Below are positions 26,151 to 38,192 of a DNA stretch of 64,000 nucleotides, one piece after another. The stretch is from Mobula hypostoma. Its lineage: Eukaryota. The translations under genes and the position numbers were made by a program. The stretch lies in NCBI RefSeq assembly GCF_963921235.1, contig NC_086097.1, forward strand, positions 108,750,001-108,814,000, read 5' to 3'. Within the stretch, counting starts at the first letter, position 1. Each line of letters starts with the position of its first letter. The notes below the pieces were generated by a model. That model saw nothing but the letters and a program-made list of their open reading frames with translations, made no database searches and was not told the origin of the DNA.

Positions 26151-26164
26151 ATGGTATATACCTC

Positions 26165-26445
26165 TTCTCATCTGCCTCTTAATTTCCTCTGGGTCCCCTC
26201 GTCCTTTCCTTTTTTCTATGGACCACTTTGCTCTCCTATCAGATTTCTTCCTTTCTATCACTTGACCATCACCTATCACCTTCCAGCTAGCCTCCTTCCC
26301 CTCCCCCCATCTTTTTATTCTGGCATTTTCTCCCTTCCCTTTTCAGTCCTGAAGAAGGGTCTTGGCCCAAAATGTCGACTATTTATTCATTTCCACATAT
26401 GCTGCCTGACCTGCTGAGTTCCTCCAGCACTTTGTGTGTGTTGGC
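26165..26445 (+). mobile_element. Older PLE pseudo-LTR with mutated hammerhead
   Basis: agtcctgaagaagggtcttggcccaaaatgtcgact at 26345-26380. Confidence 0.7.
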
Positions 26446-28566
26446 TAGGTATACATTGTACTTCAAGGAAATCAGCTATCCATGGTGAGGTCTCCATGTG
26501 ACTCGTAAAGCAGAAGTACAGAAAATAAAACTGGCACAGGTCAGAGCCCTGTTACCTGTGCTGGAAGCCATAGTTAAGGAAGAGGACAAACAATTTCAGA
26601 ACATGGTTTATGAATTTGCTTTCCTATTAAATAATTCAATTTAAGAAGTACTTGGATAGGTACAAGGAGGGGCAAGGCTTAGAGAGATATGGGCAGGAAA
26701 TTGACACTAGCTGGGTGGGCACAGTGCTTGGCATCGACTTGTTGGGCTGAAGGGCCTGTATCCATTCAGCATTGTTCTACGACTTCATATTTCTCAAACT
26801 TGAGAGATCTACAGTAACTTCATGGCATGTGATCTTCTCCCATTTTGGTCTTTAGTTTTGGATTATCATTTGATGATCATTGGAACAGATCAGCCCTTCT
26901 CAGATTGTTTCATTAACCAATACGGCTAACACTCACACAACATTTTTTATTTCATCAGTAGATTCTGTAGGAATGTTAAGCTCTCAGTCCTGCCCATCCT
27001 TAATCTATATGTACACAATACTTATACTTGTATACTCCCATCTAACAAAAGATCTAACCTGGACATTAAATGTTTCACTCTCCATATTATGCTATCTGGA
27101 CCATGAAGTGTCTCCAGCATTTTTGATTTTAGATCAAACTTCTGGCATCAGTAACTTCTATACTATACTTTCCTGTCTCAACTTGTACTCTCAACTGATT
27201 TACCTCATTCATTGTACTCCTTGTATTTAGTTATTTACAAATAAGCCCAAAGAGACTTCAGTTCTGTCTTGTTTTCATCATTTCAAACCCTCTTACTATT
27301 TCTGTCTTCCACTTATGGTGCCGTCTTTTTCCCTTCTGAATCATTGCACAGCTTCCCATCCCTTTGCCAATCAAGTTTAAATGTTCCCCCAAAGCATTTT
27401 AGTTACTTCCAAAGATATTGGTGCTGTGAGTTTCCTGAAATAGGTTTTTAAAGGTGAGCCCTTCTATGCTCCCACTTTCTTGCCCCCAAATCTCCGTGAC
27501 ATCTAGCCAAAAGCCTCTAGTAAAATTACCATAACATTTCACAACACTATTTCACCTGCCAATGCACTCCAACAATTTATTATTGTCATGCTCCCTGTTT
27601 ACCTTATCTCTAATGTGGAATCAAATTTCACTTTGCGTACTATAACCAAGCTTTTAATATACATTAGAAAATGGAATGGCCCAACACTGGTACCTGGGGT
27701 ACAATATGCATCTCCCAGTGTGGGAAACTTTTAGTGATTTTTATTTTTGCCTTTGAGCCGTTTTTATTTATTCAAGCTTCCAGCGATGCCTTTAGAACAC
27801 AGTCTTCAATCCTGCCTGGCAGAATTTAATATAGGTATTTCCACACAACTTCTTATACACTTGTCCCATCAATCCTTTCAGTTACCTCATCCAGAAATGC
27901 AAACAGGCTACTCAGACATGATTTATTTTTGATAAATGAAATAGCTCTCTCCATTCATTAAAAAATCTCAAAATGCCAATTTATTTTCCTCCGAAAGATT
28001 TCTAAAAGATTCCCAGCACAGAACTTAAACTGACCAGCTCGTAGTTGTCTTATACTGGGTTTGAATAAGGGTGCCACATTTCCTATTCTCTAGTCCTCTA
28101 GCATTCTCTGTATCTGGGGAGGATTAGAAGAATATGACCAGTCTTTCTGCAATCTTTATTATTAATTTAGATATAACATAGAGAGCATCCATTAACAATT
28201 CCAGCCCCTCAACTGTCCCACACCAATATTCCATTATTCTGCTTCCTAAGAGCAGATAACAAAATCCTCTTCAGCATCTTTGCATACAACACCTTCTTTT
28301 GTTATAAGTGCCACTACCTTCCTACCATAAAAGACTTGTAGTATCATATATATTTTAACTGATATTCTCTTCTCTTATTCCTTCGGCTGTAATATTCTCC
28401 TCTTCATTTTCTTCCTCTCCTCATATTCAGCTTGATTCTTACTGAATGAATCAACTGACAGGTTGCATAGGCCTTTTTTTTTTAAAAAGTTAATCTTTCA
28501 TTGATCTCCTTCCTCATTCATTTTGGTTCCTTTAGTCTAAGCTTCTAAAATAAAATTCTGTCTCAC

Positions 28567-29251
28567 CTCTGTCTCTTTTTGCCATCTTCTATAGCCTTTA
28601 GTCGTTCAACATCTATCCACAACCACCAGTATTTCTCACCAGCTGTTCCCAGAATGAACTTCCTGAATTTTTCAATACCCTTTCTGTTCTTGAAATTATA
28701 GCGATAACTTGGTGTTGTGTAGAAGTCTCCGTCACCTTCACTTGAAGAATCAGATTCTGTAATTTCCTCAATCAAGTTGCCTGCAAAATGTTGACCCTTT
28801 CCATTATCCTTTACTGTCAACAGGCTCTCTGTAGTTACATCAGGAGAGTTTGAAACCACAGGCTCAGTCTCTGTGACACTCTTTGCATCAGTACTGGAGG
28901 GTTGGTCACCCCATGAATTCTGTAGTATTGTGGCATCTTCTGCTCCCACCTTGTATTCGTGTGTCTTTGTTTCGTCTTCTGTAATGACTTGGTCATCCGC
29001 TTCTACCTTGTGCTCAGTTCCGCTCTCTGACTTCACTTCAAGAAAAGTTGTTCCTGACATATGCAAAGGGTATTCAGGCACGAATGCAAACAGTTCATTA
29101 TCCACAACTTTTGGTCTGGAAAGATCTTTGATGCATTTGTCACGATCACTCATTAACTTTATTGCTTTTGAGTAACTTCTGCTTCCTAGGGATCTAACTT
29201 TTGGCTTTTCAACTTCAACACTGACCAGAACTTCCTCCAATAGAGAAATTC
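28567..29251 (-). CDS. RGS22: RGS22 large coding exon (685 nt), phase 1 to 2
   Basis: ctctag|GA ATT...CAG AG|gtgaga. Corresponds to ORF 28563-29240, ending KFRKFILGTAGEKYWWLWIDVERLKAIEDGKKRQR, like human RFKKFIKGTLGERYWWLWMDIERLKVLKDPGRHQR. Confidence 0.93.
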
Positions 29252-30194
29252 CTAGAGCAATTCAAATACAAAATAAAATCACTAAGAATAAAAATAAAAA
29301 TTACAGCAGTCATGATAGTGAACTGCTTTCCTTTCTTTCAACTAGTAAGGATAACATAGGAACAAACATAAATAGGAACAGAAATAGGCTCACTTAGCCC
29401 CTTGAGTCATTTAATAAGATGGCTGATATGATTATAATCCCAAATTTGCAGTTTTATTGACGCACATTAACCCTTCACACACTATAGTTTGAAAATATTC
29501 AAAAACACAGCTTCCATTGTCTTTGAAGAGAGTTCCAAAGACTTCTCACACCTTGGTGGGGGGAGGGTGGGGAGGGTTGTAAAAATCACTAACTCCTTGT
29601 CTTAAGTGAATGATCTTTTAAAAATTATTACTAAATTGAGGCTTTGTACTAAATTCTCCTACAAAATGAAACAATCTCTAGATCCAGCCTATCAAGCCCT
29701 TGGGATCATAACACCCCTTCCAAACTTGAGCAGATACAAAATTAGCCTAATATTTCCTCAAAAAAGCTACCTGCCCATTTCTAATATTGCACTCTAAGCT
29801 GTTTCAACACATTAGCATCACCTCTTACATATGAAGAACAGTATTGCACATAGTACTGCAGATATGGCCTCACCAATATTCTACATAGCTGAAACAAAAT
29901 CTTCTTAGTTTTGTGGTAAGTTCTTCAAGCAGCAAACAATAACATTCTATTAGTCTCCTGAATTACTTGCTGCATCTAATACTGGCCTTTTACCTGGGCA
30001 CTCACCATTCATCATTATCCACTGTGCATGTTACTTCTTAAAAGAACTCAATAAATTGATGAAACATGGTTGGTTCACCATTCACACTAAACCACATTAC
30101 ACTGAATTTTTCCAAGACCTATTGGAATGTCCTTGATAATAATTTCTAACATTTTCCCAATCATAGATTATTAAGCTAGATGATAAACACAACA

Positions 30195-30870
30195 GATTCG
30201 AGAAAGACTAGAAATCTTGAACAACATACAAGAAATGCTGGAGCAAGTCAGCGATTCAGGCAGTATCTATGGAGAGGAATAAACATTCAACATCTTGGGC
30301 TGAGATGCTTCATCAGGACTGGAAAGGAAGGAGATAGAAGGGAGAACAAGGCGACAGAAGGGATAGAGTACAAGCTGGAAGGTGAAAGGTAAGACCAGGT
30401 GAGGGGGAAGGTGAATGGGTGCAGGACAAAGCTGAAGTAAAATCCTAGGAGGTGATAAGTGGTAGAGGTAAAGGGCTGAAGAAGGAGGAATCTAACAGGA
30501 GAGGGCAGTGAACAATAGAATTAAGGGACGGGCAGGGGGGCAGTGGAGGGAACCGGAATGAGGTGATGACCACGGGAACAGAAGGGTTGAGAGGGTAACT
30601 GGAATGGGGCCTGGAGAAAGAAAAAGGTTGGGAAGGGCAAGTGATTACCAGAAGACAGAGAAATTGATGTTCATGCCATTAGGTTGGAGGCTACCCAGAT
30701 AGAATGAAGGGTTGCTCCTCCAACTTGAGTTTGGCCTCACTATGGACAGACACTTCAATATGGGAATGGGAAATTGACTTCAAATGGGCAGTCACTGGGA
30801 GATCCTGCCTTTTGTGATAGCCAGAGTATAGGTCCTAGGTGAAACATTCCTCCAATCAGTGTCAGGTCTA
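30195..30870 (-). mobile_element. Older diverged PLE 3' fragment
   Basis: Reverse complement resembles the GIY-YIG C-terminus and pseudo-LTR. Confidence 0.7.
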
Positions 30871-31672
30871 TAAGCTATCTGGTGTATATATTCAAATGGA
30901 ACCTTACTGAATTTAGAAAATTTTGGACTAACACATCAATCATTTGACCAGCAACTCCTTTTAAAACCCTAGAATGAAAACAGTCCAGGATCTTCTGATT
31001 TGTCAGCCCATGGCACCAATAATTCATCACTGAAGACAGTAATTCCACCACCCCCCACCTGAGTTCCACCTCCCAGTTCCTGGTTTACAGCTACTTCTGG
31101 GATGGTACTTGTAAAATAATGGCTGATACAAAATTCTTGTTTTATTATTCTACCATCTCTTTGGTTTAGACCATAGGACATAGAAGCAGAATTAGGCCAT
31201 TCAGCTTATCGAGTCTGCTCCGTCATTTCATCATGGCTGATCCTGGATCCCACTCAACCCCATACACCTGTCTTCTCGCCATATCCTTTGATGCCCTGAC
31301 CAATCAGGAAACTATCAACTTCCACCTTAAGCATACCCATGGACTTGGCCTCCACCACAGTCTGTGTCAGAGCATTCCACAAATTCACCCCTCTCTGGCT
31401 AAAATGGTTCCTCCTTACCTCTGTACTAAAATGTCATGCCTCAATTTTGAGGCTGTGCCCTCTAGTTCTGGATACCAATCCACAGGAAACATCCTCTCCA
31501 CATCCACAGTATCTATTCTTTTCAACATTTGGTAGGTTTCAATCCCCATGCATTCTTCTAAATTCCAGTGAGTATAGGCCCAAAGCTGCTAAACGCTCCT
31601 CATATGTTAACCCTTCATTTCCTTTATTAATTCCTCAGACCCAATATTTATTGAACAAATACTCACTTCATT

Positions 31673-31990
31673 GTGGGCACATGGCCAAGTGGTTAAGGCA
31701 TTGGACTAACTACCTGAAGGTCGTGAGTTTGAGCCCCAGCCGAGGGGACGTGTTGTGTCCTTGAGCAAGGCACTTAATCACACATTGCTCTGCGACGACA
31801 CTGGTGCCAAGCTGTATGGGTCCTAATGCCCTTCCCTTGGACAACATTGGTGTCATGGAGAGGGGAGATTTGCGGCATGGGCAACTGCTGGTCTTCCATA
31901 CAACCTTGCCCAGGCCTGCGCCCTGGAGAGTGAAGACTTTCCAGGAGCAAATCCATGGTCTCGCAAGACTAACGGATGCCTATATATATA
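31673..31990 (+). mobile_element. tRNA-derived SINE with (TA)n tail
   Basis: A box tggccaagtgg and B-box-like gagtttgagcc. Flanked by a 12 bp TSD actcacttcatt at 31661-31672 and 31991-32002. Confidence 0.85.
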
Positions 31991-32425
31991 ACTCACTTCA
32001 TTAACATTTTTTAAATATCTATGTACACTCCTGTTATTTTTTTTTTTCATTCATTTATTTGTCACTCAATGATTTTGTTGATACATTCTGTCCAATAAAA
32101 CAGAACTTCTTCAAGCTAGATGGACAGGAACATCAATCAATCCTGCAATTCATATCACCTGGCACGGAAATTAACACTTCGGCAGCCCATCTCTCATCTT
32201 TTATTTGGTTACTCAACATATTAATCGGTGGAGAGAAAAGAAAGAAATGTATTCTCCTGGCCAGTTGTTGACCCCTATGGTCAATGACTCTCAATCTGCA
32301 GATGCCTAAGCTACCGTTGGCAGAATGTGAAATGACAGTATTTAGGCTTACGCCTGTCTTATTACTGATCTACTGTGACTGGGCCATGCAGGAGTTAGCG
32401 ACCCAGCAGGATAGTACTGAGTCAT

Positions 32426-32936
32426 GCGACACACATCAAAATTGCTGGTGAACGCAGCAGGTCAGGCAGCATCTCTAGGAAGAGGTACAGTCGATGTTTC
32501 AGGCTGAGACCCTTCATCAGGACTAACTGAAGGAAGAGTGAGTAAGAGATCTGAAAGTGGGAGGGGGAAGGGGAGATCCAAAATGATAGGAGAAGACAGG
32601 AGGGGGAGGGATGGAGCCAAGAGCTGGACAGGTGATAGGCAAAAGGGACACAAGAGGATCATGGGACAGGAGGTCTGGGGAGAAAGACAAGGGGGGAGCG
32701 GGTTAACCCAGAGGATGGGCAAGGGGTATAGTCAGAGGGACAGAGGGAGAAAAAGGAGAGTGAGAGAAAGAATGTGTGTATAAAAATAAATAATGGATGG
32801 GGTACGAGGGGGAGGTGACGTCGACTGTACCTCTTCCTAGAGATGCTGCCTGGCCTGCTGCGTTCACCAGCAACTTTGATGTGTGTTGTTTGAATTTCCA
32901 GCATCTGCAGAATTCCTGTTGTTTGCATTTTTAAAT
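32426..32936. mobile_element. Inverted PLE pseudo-LTR insertion
   Basis: Minus arm to 32817; plus arm starts acgtcgactgt at 32818. Flanked by a 14 bp TSD tagtactgagtcat at 32412-32425 and 32937-32950. Confidence 0.9.
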
Positions 32937-33280
32937 TAGTACTGAGTCATACTCCTTTGCACCATTTGCAGCACTATCCAACTTTCTTCCTGCATGTTTG
33001 CAAATTTTGGCAATTCCATAATGGGAAGATAAATTATTCTTTTTAGTCTTGAGACTTCAGCAGAGGGTTTGGAAATGAATTGACTTATGATGATTTTGTT
33101 AGAATTAGACAATTCGTTATTGCGCAGAGAAAGGCCACTTAGTCATTATGTCCACTAAGGCTCTCTGCTGGGGCAACTCATTAATCGCAAATTGAACAAA
33201 GGCTCATTATAGCTGATTTCCAAACTCCAAATAGGCCTTGATTCCCAAAATCTTGTGTTGGCCATGAAGGAATTAAAAAA

Positions 33281-34216
33281 CAATGGACAACAAGGATTTT
33301 GTTTCCTGGGGGTCTGCTATTGCTTGGAGGGTGGAGGGGGGGGGGCTGATGCATTCTGGTAGATGGTGAGGGGAGGGTGAGGAGGGAAGGGTATGCTTCT
33401 GCTGCTGCTTGTGCATGGGGGGGAGGGGGGGCTTTGGGATTGTATTTTTCTGTCATTCATTCTTTGTTTTGTCTCTCCATTTCACTGATATCTGCAAAGG
33501 GTGAGGATTTCTGTTTGTATACTGTATCCATTCTCTGACATTAAATTGAACCATTGAACTATTGAATACCTTTGGCTGTGTCTTATGGATTTTGGACTGC
33601 TGATCATGAAAATCACCGTGAAATTTCCCTGTAATGCACCTTTCTTTAAAAAAATTGACTAACATGTTATTTCAATTTATAATTTAAGTCAATTAAAATG
33701 TTGGCCACAATGTAAGATTTAAAGTTTTCTATCTTGTCCGGGCATGCCTGGACAGGATGGATGCTGCATTACAGGACAGGTTTTAGAAAGGACATATATT
33801 TCCGGGAAGGATTTCAATATTTGAGACAGATGTTTCCCAGAATAACTGATGTTAAAATCAAGGAAGGTATGTTTATTGGTCCACAAATCAAACAGATCAG
33901 CAATGACAGACAATTCAAATAAATTATAGTAGGACCAGAGAAAATCACATGGAAGATATCCAAGGATGTTGAAAATTTTCTTGACAACTACAGAGCGCCA
34001 AACTATGTGCAGTTGGTTGACAACAAGCTTCAAGCACACAAAAACATGAAGTGCAAAATGTCACTACAGATTCATTTACTGCATTCCCATTTAGATTTCT
34101 TCCCTGCAGGTAATGGTGCAGTCAGTGATGAGCATGGTGAGAGGCTTCATCAGGACATTGAAATCATGAAGAAATGGCATCAGGGCAACTGGAATCTATC
34201 AATGCTGGCTGATTAG
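33281..34216 (+). mobile_element. Chapaev3-like (CMC superfamily) DNA transposon remnant
   Basis: Left end caatggacaacaaggattttg. Peptides KIKEGMFIGPQIK and MSLQIHLLHSHLDFFP...AVSDEHGERLHQDI...QGNW...MLAD. Confidence 0.75.
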
Positions 34217-36034
34217 CTAACGAACGAATTAATTAAAGCACAGTAGAGGTGAAGAAGGGGGCTTTTATTGGACTTGTGATGGGGATATGCTACTGCAATT
34301 TCTATGGTAAATACGCTAGATATTACAGAAGTAAACCAGCTGAGTTACCTACAGAAAAAGATGAAACTGAACTGAGATTGAGGACACGAGAGGGATCAAT
34401 ACCTTGAGCAAGCAACAGGCAAAATTAGTTTTGGTAATGCTCTATGTTTTAGAACACTTGGGAGATGAGACAAATTGAATTATTGGCAAGGTTAATAATG
34501 AAACCACCCAAGATGCTGCTTATATCTCAGAGTTATTTTCTGAAATTGGGGTTAATATGGTGCAATTAGAGAACCATGGAATTCTTGATTAGATTTCAAT
34601 TAAATAACATAACATTGGGAAATGGATCAATATGGATATTACTTCATAATGCACCCGTCATGGAAAGCAGCAGGGAGCCAGAAGGGAGAAAAATTTGGAT
34701 TCCTGTGATCAAAGGAGAACGTTGGGCCTACAGAGGGACTGAGTTAGACAGGGTTAGCAGATTATGATTTTTTTGTTATGATAACTTTTCTCTATAATTT
34801 TTGCCCATCAGTAATGAGGTGTTCTGAAAATTTGTCTTGCTGAATGATATTCTCGCATTATCACTTCTAGCACATGCCATTATAAGAGTTCATTAAATTT
34901 CAATCTGAATAGCACTAACATTGCTGACTCTGTTGTTTCAGAAGACTTAGTTTTGGTTGGGCAAGCCTTACCTAAACCTGTCATAGAATCGCTCAATTGC
35001 TTTAGTACACAAATTAAGGATATTGTTGAAGACTTGCTGAATATATCCCTACTGCCCTCCCACCCCCCGACACACCACCTCTTATTTTACTGCAGAATGA
35101 AGCCGTTATTAACCATAATGAGGCTATTATCAAACTATGGTGTTATCAAACAAGATTTAGCTAACAATATTTTGCAGAACTCATTCAATTTGGAATGAGG
35201 TTTGGTAGTCAGGTCTGAATGTTAATGTACTTCCTTGGATTTGTATTCTTTCACACATTATTATTGCTCTACTTCTGAATCTAATAATTATTTAATGTAT
35301 TTTCCTAAGCATTTTATTTTAATGGTAACTCAAACAACTTAGACACTTGCTTGCATCAATAAACATCAAGGATCCATCATCTCATGTTCTCAGTATTTAT
35401 TACTTTTTTATTTATTTTTGCATTTGCACAGTTTGTTTGTTGTCTTCTGCACTCTGGTTGATTGCCCTTGTTGGGCAGTCTTACATAGATTCTATTGTGG
35501 TTACTATCCAATCAATTTGTTGAACATGCCCACAAAAAAGTGAATCCCAGAGGTAAAATGGGCAAGAACGATAGAGAACAGTTATCACGAGAAACAAAAT
35601 CACAATCTGGCAACACCCTTCCTCGGTTTAAATTGGAGCAGTGGTTTGGGTGAGTACTGGTACAAAAGGACAATGGTATCCATGAATCAAAGTTATTGGC
35701 CAGAGCTAGTACAATTTACATGGATATTTGTGCTGCTGCAATAAAGTGTAAGTTTTAATTAAGATTTGTGGGGTTCTTGCCTAACCCAAGTTAGTTGACC
35801 AAAGTTAGCATCAACGCTTTGAATTAGACAATTTTCTGAAGATGAAGCTTTGGATACTCAACATGATTTAAAGTATTTTTTCTATCATGCCGTTGCTAAA
35901 ATGAATTCATATCCACATAACATTTTGCATGGAAATTAAAATGATAAACAAGTCAAAATATGGACCACAAGGCATAGGTGCAGAATTAGGCTATTTGGCC
36001 CACCAAGACTGCTCATATAATCTATGTAACTTAC

Positions 36035-36188
36035 CAGGCAGGTCATGTTCAACTGATTTAGAAGGTTCTGAAGAAAGATGTGAAGATTTCTGTTCACTAG
36101 TTGTAGCCTGATGATCAGAATGAACTATCGTTGTTGTGGTTTCTTCATTTGCCTCAGTGTACAGTAACTTAGGTTGGGTAGCAGCAGC
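36035..36188 (-). CDS. RGS22: RGS22 coding exon, phase 0 to 1
   Basis: ctccttag|GCT...CCT G|gtaagt. Open frame AAATQPKLLYTEANEETTTTIVHSDHQATTSEQKSSHLSSEPSKSVEHDLP(G). Phases bridge both neighbouring exons exactly; protein similarity is weak. Confidence 0.8.
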
Positions 36189-36570
36189 CTAAGGAGACAT
36201 TATTTTTATTATTTGCAATGATTGTGAATGAGAAATTCCACTGAAAGGGAAAATCCAATTAAATTGAAGCAATTGCTTGTAGCTATTGAGTTATGGGTTA
36301 TGGACAGATTCAGACTTCGCTCAAAGTGAGAAGAGGAAGGGAGGAAGGGAAGTGTCAGCTGTTACACTGAGGTTACAATAACTAACCCCAAGTAGAAGTG
36401 TTTTCTAGGTACAGTTGTCAGAAATTCAGTAAGCAGGGGTGAAACCAGTGCCAAAATAGCATTTTTAAACGCAAACAACAGGAATTCTGCAGATGCTGGA
36501 AATTCAAGCAACATACATCAAAGTTGCTGGTGAACGCAGCAGGCCAAGCAGCATCTATAGGAAGAGGCAC

Positions 36571-36606
36571 AGTCGACGTTTCAGGCCGAGACCCTTCGTC
36601 AGGACT
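36571..36606 (-). ncRNA. Minimal hammerhead ribozyme motif, core intact, sense to RGS22 pre-mRNA
   Basis: Minus strand reads agtc CTGACGA agggtctcggcct GAAAC GTC gact. Confidence 0.7.
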
Positions 36607-36932
36607 AACTGAAGGAAGAGTGAGTAAGGGATTTGAAAGCTGGAGGGGGAGGGGGAGATGCAAAATGATAGGAGAAGACAGGAGGGGAAGGGATAGAGCT
36701 GAGAGCTGGACAGATGATAGGCAAAAGGGGATATGAGAGGATCATGGGACAGGAGGTCCGGGAAGAAAGACGGGGGGGGGGTGACCCAGAGGATGGGCAA
36801 GAGGTATATTCAGAGGGACAGAGGGAGAAAAAGGAGAGTGAGAGAAAGAATGTGTGCATAAAAATGAGTAACAGATGGGGTACGAGGGGGAGGTGGGGCC
36901 TTAGCGGAAGTTAGAGAAGTCGATGTTCATGC

Positions 36933-37861
36933 TAGATCTTTCTGTCTCTGGAGACAGCTTATCCACTGATGTCTACTATAAGCCTACTGACTCTCACAGC
37001 TATCTGGACTATTCCTCTTCTCACCCTGTCTCTTGCAAAAACGCCAACCCCTTCTCACAATTCCTCTGTCTCCGCTGCATCTGCTCTCAGGATGAGGCTT
37101 TTCATTCTAGGACGAGGGAGATGTCTTCATTTTTTAAAGAAAGGGGCTTCCCTTCCTCCACTATCAACTCTGCTCTTAAACGCATCTCCCCCATTTCACG
37201 TACATCTGCTCTCACTCCATCCTCCCACCACCCCACTAGGAATAGGGTTCCCCTGGTCCTCACCTACCACCCCACCAGCCTCTGGGTCCAACATATTATT
37301 CTCCGTAACTTCCGCCACCTCCAACGGGATCCCACCACTAAGCACATCTTTCCCTCCCCCCCCCCCGCATTCCGCAGGGATCGCTCCCTACACAACTCCC
37401 TTGTCCATTCGTCCCCCCCATCCCTCCCCACTGATCTCCCTCCTGGCACTTATCCGTGTAAGCGGAACAAGTGCTACACATGCCCTCACACTTCCTCCCT
37501 TACCACCATTCAGGGCCCCAAACAGTCCTTCCAGGTGAGGTATCACTTCACCTGTGAGTCGACTGGGGTGATATACTGCGTCCGATGCTCCCGATGTGGC
37601 CTTTTATATATTGGTGAGACCCGACGCAGACTGGGAGACCGCTTTGCTGAACATCTATGCTCTGTCCGCCAGAGAAAGCAGGATCTCCCAGTGGCCACAC
37701 ATTTTAATTCCACATCCCATTCCCATTCTGACATGTCTATCCACGGCCTCCTCTACTGTAAAGATGAAGCCACACTCAGGTTGGAGGAACAACACCTTAT
37801 ATTCCGTCTGGGTAGCCTCCAACCTGATGGCATGAACATCGACTTCTCTAACTTCCGCTAA
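36933..37861 (+). pseudogene. Uninterrupted but 5'-truncated PLE ORF: RT C-terminus, Cys linker and GIY-YIG endonuclease
   Basis: LSTDVYYKPTDSHSYLDYSSSHP, CKRNKCYTC, GVIYCVRCSRCGLLYIGET...RFAEH and VATHF...RLEEQHLI. Confidence 0.9.
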
Positions 37862-38156
37862 GGCCCCACCTCCCCCTCGTACCCCATCTGTTACTCATTT
37901 TTATGCACACATTCTTTCTCTCACTCTCCTTGTTCTCCCTCTGTCCCTCTGAATATACCTCTTGCCCATCCTCTGGGTCACCCCCTCCCTTGTCTTTCTT
38001 CCCGGACCTCCTGTCCCATGATCCTCTCGTATCCCCTTTTGCCTATCACCTGTCCAGCTCTCGGCTCTATCCCTCCCCCTCCTGTCTTCTCCTATCATTT
38101 TGCATCTCCCCCTCCCCCTCCAGCTTTCAAATCCCTTACTCACTCTTCCTTCAGTT

Positions 38157-38192
38157 AGTCCTGACGAAGGGTCTCGGCCTGAAACGTCGACT
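38157..38192 (+). ncRNA. Minimal hammerhead ribozyme motif, core intact
   Basis: agtc CTGACGA agggtctcggcct GAAAC GTC gact. Confidence 0.7.

Noticed and set aside
31673..31745. tRNA-like sequences here and at 52345-52420
   Set aside because: A and B boxes are followed by SINE bodies, simple-repeat tails and TSDs, so these are SINE heads rather than tRNA genes.
34230..34350. Strong minus-strand acceptor (tttttctgtag)
   Set aside because: All three frames hit stops within about 35 nt.
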